Positions 58,418 to 64,000 of a stretch of 64,000 nucleotides of DNA are shown one piece after another. The DNA comes from Patescibacteria group bacterium (lineage in GTDB: Bacteria; Patescibacteriota; Patescibacteriia; Patescibacteriales; UBA12465), in contig JAQUWT010000001.1 in the NCBI GenBank assembly GCA_028692765.1, positions 15,695-79,694 of the forward strand. Reading direction: 5' to 3'. Made by a program: the position numbers and the translations under genes. The notes beneath the pieces were generated by a model. That model was not told the DNA's origin. It did not search any database and worked only from the letters and a program-made list of their open reading frames with translations. Each line of letters opens with the position of its first letter. Position 1 is the first letter of the stretch.

Positions 58418-60520
58418 ATGTTTGACTTGAAATCTCTCCTTTCTCCTCGCACGATTGCGGTGGTCGGCGCCTCCACTCGTCCGGCAAGCGTCGGCCGAAC
58501 CGTTTTTGACAATCTGCGCCTCTCCGGCTTTAAGGGGAAAATTTTTCCGGTTAATCCAAAGACAAAAAAACTCGGCTCGCTGCGCTGTTATGCTTCTTTA
58601 ACGGATGTTAAAGCGAGGGTTGATTTGGCAATTATTGTGATTCCGGCAATTTTAGTGCCAGATGTTTTGGAAGAGGCAGGCAGATTGGGCATCAGGGCGG
58701 CAGTAATTATTTCGGCCGGTTTTAAAGAGTCAGGCAATGTTGATTTGGAAAATAAAGTGAAGGCCGTGGCCCGCCGTTATCATATCACTCTGCTTGGTCC
58801 GAATTGTTTAGGGTTTATTAATCCGTATCATCGTCTTAATGCCACTTTCGCTCCGATGATGCCGCTTAAGGGCGGTCTGGCTTTTTTGTCGCAGAGCGGC
58901 GCTCTTGGCACCGCCATTTTGGATAAGGCCAAAGAACTGTCTTTAGGCTTTTCTTTGTTTGCCAGCTTGGGAAATAAGGCCGCGCTCAATGAGGCGGATT
59001 TTTTGGATTATCTGCGGTCGGATTTGCAAACTAAAGTTGTGGGCATTTATGCGGAGCAGTTGGGCGAGGCCCAGCGTTTAAGCGCGGCTATCAATCTGTT
59101 TAATAGCGGCCGCCGCGCTCGTCCCATAATTATCCTGAAGTCGGGAGTGAGCGCTTTGGGTGCCGGCGCCAGTTCTTCCCATACCGGCGCTTTGGCCGGC
59201 AACGATGCTGTCTATGGCGCTTTTTTTAAGGACAATAATATTGTCAGGGCGCAGGATATGTCAGAGTTTTTTGATTATTTGCAGATATTTTATAATAACC
59301 CCTTAAAGTCGGCACGACGCTTGGCAATTATTACCAATGCCGGCGGGCCGGGCGTCTTGGCCGCTGATGCCGTTTCTAAAAATAATTTATCGCTAAGCAA
59401 GTTTGGAAAAAAAACCAGATTACATTTAGGGAAAATTTTGCCCCAGTCAGCTTCGATTGCCAACCCGATTGATATTCTTGGCGATGCCGCCCCTTCGCTT
59501 TATTTGTCAGCTTTAGAGTTGGCGGCGGCAGATAAATCTGTCCAAGCGCTTCTTGTTTTAGCTACGCCCCAGTCAATGACCGATATCGACGGTTTAGCGG
59601 CGGTTATCATAGATTGGCGCCGGAAAAACACCAAACCTTTGGCTGTTTGTTTGATGGGCGGCAATCTGGTCAAAAATGCCGCCACGTCTTTGCGTCAAGC
59701 GGGGATTGCCGTGTTTTCCTATCCTGAGCAAGCGGTGCGCGCTTTGTCGGCGTTGACTGATTTTGTCGAGCGTCGGTTGGAAAAAAAAGCAAAGAGGGTC
59801 CGTATCGCCGTTAAGACTTCAGCTAAGCTGAAGGCGGCGGAGATATTGGCCCGCTTGCGCCGGCAGGGCATTAAGGAAGTTCCGGAATTTCAAGCTTTAC
59901 CGGTTTTGCGGGCTTATAATCTGCCAACGTCAAAGTTTTTAATTTTAAAAAATCAAGCCGATGCGCTTAAGGCCGGAAAAAGATTCCATGGTCCCGTAGC
60001 CTTAAAAATCGCTTCTTATGATATCTTGCATAAAAGCGAAGCCGGTGGGGTGATGCTTAATGTGTCTCCTGATGATATTGCCCGCAGCTATCAGAATCTT
60101 ATTTTGAGAGTCAAAAAGAAAGCGCCGCAGGCTAGAATTGAGGGGGTTTTGGCGGCGCCGATGTCGCCTCCGTCTTTGGCGGAAATTATTGTCGGCAGCG
60201 TTTCCGATGAATCCCTTGGCCGCGCCTTGATGCTTGGCTGGGGCGGTATTTATACGGAAATACTTAAAGACGTGTCTTTCGGTTCGATGCCTTTGAATCT
60301 AGGAAAAATTAAGGGGATGCTCTCGGAACTGAAAGTAGGCTTAATTTTAGGGGGCAGTCGCGGCCATAGGCCGGCTGATTTTCAATCCCTGGCTAAGTTA
60401 TTGTTTAGCGTCGAGCGATTATTGTCTGATTTTCCGGAAATCAAGGAAATAGACTTGAATCCGGTGGCTGTTTCCTCGACCGGCTTGCGGATTCTTGATG
60501 CGCGTTTAATTTTGTCTTAA
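58418..60520 (+). CDS. Acetate-CoA ligase (ADP-forming), fused alpha/beta
   Basis: GPNCLG, SQSG, SHTGALAG (phospho-His), NAGG, HKSEAGGV ATP-grasp, DLNP. Confidence 0.92.
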   Translation: MFDLKSLLSPRTIAVVGASTRPASVGRTVFDNLRLSGFKGKIFPVNPKTKKLGSLRCYASLTDVKARVDLAIIVIPAILVPDVLEEAGRLGIRAAVIISAGFKESGNVDLENKVKAVARRYHITLLGPNCLGFINPYHRLNATFAPMMPLKGGLAFLSQSGALGTAILDKAKELSLGFSLFASLGNKAALNEADFLDYLRSDLQTKVVGIYAEQLGEAQRLSAAINLFNSGRRARPIIILKSGVSALGAGASSSHTGALAGNDAVYGAFFKDNNIVRAQDMSEFFDYLQIFYNNPLKSARRLAIITNAGGPGVLAADAVSKNNLSLSKFGKKTRLHLGKILPQSASIANPIDILGDAAPSLYLSALELAAADKSVQALLVLATPQSMTDIDGLAAVIIDWRRKNTKPLAVCLMGGNLVKNAATSLRQAGIAVFSYPEQAVRALSALTDFVERRLEKKAKRVRIAVKTSAKLKAAEILARLRRQGIKEVPEFQALPVLRAYNLPTSKFLILKNQADALKAGKRFHGPVALKIASYDILHKSEAGGVMLNVSPDDIARSYQNLILRVKKKAPQARIEGVLAAPMSPPSLAEIIVGSVSDESLGRALMLGWGGIYTEILKDVSFGSMPLNLGKIKGMLSELKVGLILGGSRGHRPADFQSLAKLLFSVERLLSDFPEIKEIDLNPVAVSSTGLRILDARLILS

Positions 60521-60530
60521 ATATAAAAAT

Positions 60531-61310
60531 ATGTACATGAATCTACTTTGGTTTTTGCCAGTTTTTGTCATTCTGTATATGGGGTTTTGGTTTCTGGTTT
60601 CATTACTCGTTGAACGACGCGATATTATCGATATTGCCTGGGGGGCCGGTTTTCTGTTTTTGGCCTGGATAACTTTTAGTTTTCGCGATTTAGATTTAGA
60701 TGCGCGTTCGGTCTTATTGCTATCAGCCGTTAGTCTTTGGGGTTTTCGCTTATCCTTCCACACGGTGAGACGTAATTTAAGTAAGGAAGAAGATTGGCGC
60801 TATCATCGCTGGAGCCAGGGGCAAGCCTGCCTGCATCCTGTGTGCGTTTTCTTTCAGGTCTTTCTTTTGCAGGGAGCTTTGATGATGATTATTTCCTTGC
60901 CTGTCGTTTATGGCTTGCGTCTGATTCATCTGCCTTTATTCGAGCTTAATTATCCGGGAATTGTTTTAATCGCTTTTGGTCTTATTTTTGAAGCCATCGC
61001 TGATCAGCAGCGTTATATTTTTTTAAGGAAGACGGAGAACCAAGATAAATTAATTACTACCGGTCTTTGGCGTTTTAGCCGCCACCCAAATTACTTTGGG
61101 GAAATGGTTTTCTGGTGGGGAATATATTTTTTAGTTTTAGGCGCGCCGAAATCCTGGATGTTGATTGTTTCGCCGCTGACGATAACTTATATTCTTTTAT
61201 TTGTTTCCGACTTGCCGATGGAGGAGCGCTATCGGGGTCGTCAAGATTTTGCTGAGTATAAGCGTCGAACCAGTGCCTTGATTCCTTGGTTTGTAAAAAA
61301 GAGCCGTTAA
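60531..61310 (+). CDS. DUF1295 (steroid 5-alpha-reductase-like) membrane protein
   Basis: EDWRY, EAIADQQ, GLWRFSRHPNYFGE. Confidence 0.92.
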   Translation: MYMNLLWFLPVFVILYMGFWFLVSLLVERRDIIDIAWGAGFLFLAWITFSFRDLDLDARSVLLLSAVSLWGFRLSFHTVRRNLSKEEDWRYHRWSQGQACLHPVCVFFQVFLLQGALMMIISLPVVYGLRLIHLPLFELNYPGIVLIAFGLIFEAIADQQRYIFLRKTENQDKLITTGLWRFSRHPNYFGEMVFWWGIYFLVLGAPKSWMLIVSPLTITYILLFVSDLPMEERYRGRQDFAEYKRRTSALIPWFVKKSR

Positions 61311-61346
61311 TTGGCTCTTTTTTGTTTTTGACGTTTAGTGATAGTT

Positions 61347-63581
61347 CTATAATTTTTTATTCCTCAGCCGCAGAGAGTTCAGGACGACGGAAACGCTACT
61401 AAAAGCCATGGCGGCTCCGGCAAAAGCCGGGTTTAAGGTTAAGCCGAATAGGGGGTAGAAAGCGCCGGCGGCCAAGGGGATGCCGATAAGATTATAAATT
61501 GAAGCCCAAAATAGGTTTTGTCGGACAATAATGAAAGTAGCTTTGGAAAGATTAAAGGCGGTGACAGCTTTGTTTAGATTTCCGCCCAGGATGCTGATTC
61601 CCGCCGTCGCTAGGGCGGCGTCGGCGCCGGTAGCCATTGCCAAGCCGCTGTCAGCTTGTGCTAGGGCAGGGGCATCATTAATGCCGTCACCCAGCATTGC
61701 CACCGTATGGCCTTGATTTTGCAAATCTTTAACTACTGCCGCTTTATCAGCCGGCAGGACGTTGGCTTTAATTTCGTCGATAGCTAAAAGTTTAGAGATT
61801 CTGTCAGCGGCGGCTGCATGGTCGCCGGTAAGCATGATAGTTTTTAATCCTTTCTGCTTAAAATCCGCGATGACGGCCGGGGCTTCAGCTTTAATTTCGT
61901 CGCTACAGGCGATTTGGCCTAGCAATTCTTTTTCATTAGATATATTTATAACTGTTTCTCCTCGGGAACTTCGCTCTGTCTGCCAGGGACGATTTTCGGA
62001 TTTACTTTTCTCAATAATAAATAGTTGTCCGTCGATTTTCGCCTTTACGCCGTTTCCGGCTAAGGCCTGAAAATCACTAACCGCGATAGCGTTGTAGTCT
62101 AAGAAGCGATTTTTGGCTTCTTTGACAATCGCTTGGGCTATCGGATGTTCGGAAAAACGTTCGATAGCGGCGGCAATAGTTAAAAGTCTATTTTCATCCA
62201 TGTTTGCAGACAGGGGATTGATTCCGCTCATCTTAATTTGGCCGCTGGTGAGCGTACCCGTTTTATCCAACACTACCGTATCTGCATGTCTGAGATTTTC
62301 CAGGGCCTCAGCATTTTTGATAAGAATGCCTTGTTTGGCGCCGCGTCCAATCGCGACCATAAGAGCGGTTGGCGTGGCTAAGCCGAGAGCGCAGGGGCAG
62401 GCGATAACCAGTACGCCGATTAAGGCGGACAGAGCGTGGCTGAAGGCGGCGTCGAATCCTAGCCGGGGTGAACCGAAAATCAGCCAACTGGCGGCGGCGG
62501 CCACCGCTATGACTAATACCGCCGGTACGAAGACTGAGGCTATTTTATCGCTGAAGTTCTGGATGGGCGCCCGGCTATTTTGCGCTTCTTGGACCAGTCT
62601 GATAATTCTGGCCAGCACCGTATCGGCGCCTATTTTTTCCGCCTTTACAATGAGGGAGCCTTGGCGATTGATGGTGCCGCCGATAACCGCGTCGCCTATT
62701 TTTTTGTCTACCGGAATCGCTTCGCCGCTTATCATCGCTTCTTCGACGCTGGAGACGCCGTCAATTACCAGGCCGTCTACCGGAATTTTCATGCCTGGCT
62801 TAACGATGATAGTATCGCCGATGTTTATCGCTTCGGCGGCGATTTCTTCTTCACCGTCTGCTGTTTGCCGATAGGCGCGTTCGGCTTGCAGCGACATGAG
62901 TGCTTTAATTGCGGCGCCGCTTTTTTGCTTGGCTTGTTTCTCCAAGTATTTTCCTAAAATAACGAAGCCGATAACGACGATGGCGGCATCAAAATAATAA
63001 TGTGGCGCCAAGCCTAAACGCCTGGCTGTTTCTGGCAAGATGAAGAGGAAGAGACTGTAAAAATAAGCGCTGCCTGTGCCAAGGCCAATTAGGGTGTCCA
63101 TATTAGCGGAGCCGTAACGGAAAAATTTACCTAGAGATTTAAGAAAGCGCCAGCCCGGTCCGAACAGAATCAAGCTGGCGGCGGCCATCATAAAAATATT
63201 TATTACCTGCATTTTTAGCGGCAGGGGCGGCAGGAACTTTGATATATCGGCCAAGAGGGAATAAATCATCAGCAAAAAGACCAAGATAGCCAGAGGGGCG
63301 GCGATGATGAAATCTTTTTTTTCCTTTTTTTCCAGTGCGGACGACTCGGCACCTGGGCCTGTCTGTGTCATTTCCTCTTGAAGGCTATAGCCGATTTTTT
63401 TTAATTCATCGTTTAAGGATGTTAACGCTACAGCTTCGCCTTTAAATTCTATCTGTGCTTGTTCGCTGGCGTAGCTTATATCGGCTTTATTGATTCCGGG
63501 AATTTTTTCCAGCCGTGATTTGATAATTTGAGCGCAGCTGGCGCAGTGCATGCCTTGTACTGGATAGTTTTTTTTGACCAT
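61347..63581 (-). CDS. copA: Cu(I)-translocating P1B ATPase
   Basis: GMHCASC, CPCALGL, DKTGT, SEHP, GDGINDAP, YN..GIP, MAFSS; start at MVKKNY 63581. Confidence 0.95.
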   Translation of the reverse strand: MVKKNYPVQGMHCASCAQIIKSRLEKIPGINKADISYASEQAQIEFKGEAVALTSLNDELKKIGYSLQEEMTQTGPGAESSALEKKEKKDFIIAAPLAILVFLLMIYSLLADISKFLPPLPLKMQVINIFMMAAASLILFGPGWRFLKSLGKFFRYGSANMDTLIGLGTGSAYFYSLFLFILPETARRLGLAPHYYFDAAIVVIGFVILGKYLEKQAKQKSGAAIKALMSLQAERAYRQTADGEEEIAAEAINIGDTIIVKPGMKIPVDGLVIDGVSSVEEAMISGEAIPVDKKIGDAVIGGTINRQGSLIVKAEKIGADTVLARIIRLVQEAQNSRAPIQNFSDKIASVFVPAVLVIAVAAAASWLIFGSPRLGFDAAFSHALSALIGVLVIACPCALGLATPTALMVAIGRGAKQGILIKNAEALENLRHADTVVLDKTGTLTSGQIKMSGINPLSANMDENRLLTIAAAIERFSEHPIAQAIVKEAKNRFLDYNAIAVSDFQALAGNGVKAKIDGQLFIIEKSKSENRPWQTERSSRGETVINISNEKELLGQIACSDEIKAEAPAVIADFKQKGLKTIMLTGDHAAAADRISKLLAIDEIKANVLPADKAAVVKDLQNQGHTVAMLGDGINDAPALAQADSGLAMATGADAALATAGISILGGNLNKAVTAFNLSKATFIIVRQNLFWASIYNLIGIPLAAGAFYPLFGLTLNPAFAGAAMAFSSVSVVLNSLRLRNKKL

Positions 63582-63594
63582 ATTTTTCGAATGT

Positions 63595-64000
63595 TTATTG
63601 ACAGCCGTTAATGTTGCAGACCGGTAAGCCGGAATTTTCCGCTTGATTGCCCTGGTCCGCCGCCTTGTTATCAATATCAGTTGTTCCTGTCGGGACAACA
63701 TTAATCACGCCGCTGTACATGCCCATGGAACAGGTAAATTTTATTTGCCCTGTTTGCTCGGGTGTAAATTCGATGATATTTTCTCCTTGTTTTAGCTGTT
63801 GATTCAGGCGCAGGGACGGGACGACTAGGCTGCTGGCGCAAGAATAAGGGACGGTGCTGTTGATAATCCAGCGTACGGGCCGGCCCGCTTCTACTTTAAA
63901 GTTATTTGGCAGATAGCCGTGGCCGTTTTGTTCCATGCGGATAATTTGCGGGCTAGCCTGGCTGTTATTATTTTTTTGTTCAGTTTGAGTTATTGTCTTG
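63595..64000 (-). CDS. C-terminal cupredoxin-like domain of a larger heavy-metal-associated protein (partial)
   Basis: GY.PN.F.V.AG.PVRW, SCA, FTCSMGMYSG; open frame runs off window end. Confidence 0.8.
   Translation of the reverse strand, partial: KTITQTEQKNNNSQASPQIIRMEQNGHGYLPNNFKVEAGRPVRWIINSTVPYSCASSLVVPSLRLNQQLKQGENIIEFTPEQTGQIKFTCSMGMYSGVINVVPTGTTDIDNKAADQGNQAENSGLPVCNINGCQ

Noticed and set aside
1-64000. CRISPR array, DGR, rRNA, IS transposase, alternative genetic code
   Set aside because: No spaced repeats, RT, rRNA or transposase motifs were seen. TGA ends recognisable genes (e.g. 21761, 31268), consistent with code 11.

Overview
A 64-kb bacterial chromosome segment with no rRNA, CRISPR array or integrase that I could see. 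Several traits point to a Patescibacteria/CPR (Parcubacteria/ABY1-like) genome, which is inference: AT-rich starts mostly lacking Shine-Dalgarno sites, a CPR-type pilin, an ADP-forming acetate-CoA ligase, very long MacA-like adaptors and many orphans. The backbone has partial gyrB, tpiA, mutM, rpmG, greA, a DEAD-box helicase, a complete Rrf2-sufCBDSU operon, hemerythrin, rubrerythrin, desulforedoxin, two MacAB-like ABC systems, ion transporters, CopA and three tRNAs (Thr-GGT, Tyr-GTA, Trp-CCA). Four signals stand out. (1) An ~8-kb integrase-less island at the tRNA-Trp 3' end, bounded by a 15-bp direct repeat. It carries a five-gene defence operon: extra MTase, NlaIII/IceA1-like HNH REase, AIPR, M.NlaIII/HpyIM-like MTase and an OLD/PARIS-like ATPase-TOPRIM. 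(2) An EamA/DMT transporter fused to a riboflavin kinase domain. (3) An ECF-sigma regulon readable from three copies of AAGAAAAT-N10-GCGTATTA. (4) Small ORFs missing from the track, a frameshifted purN-like gene and a palindromic Rrf2 operator.
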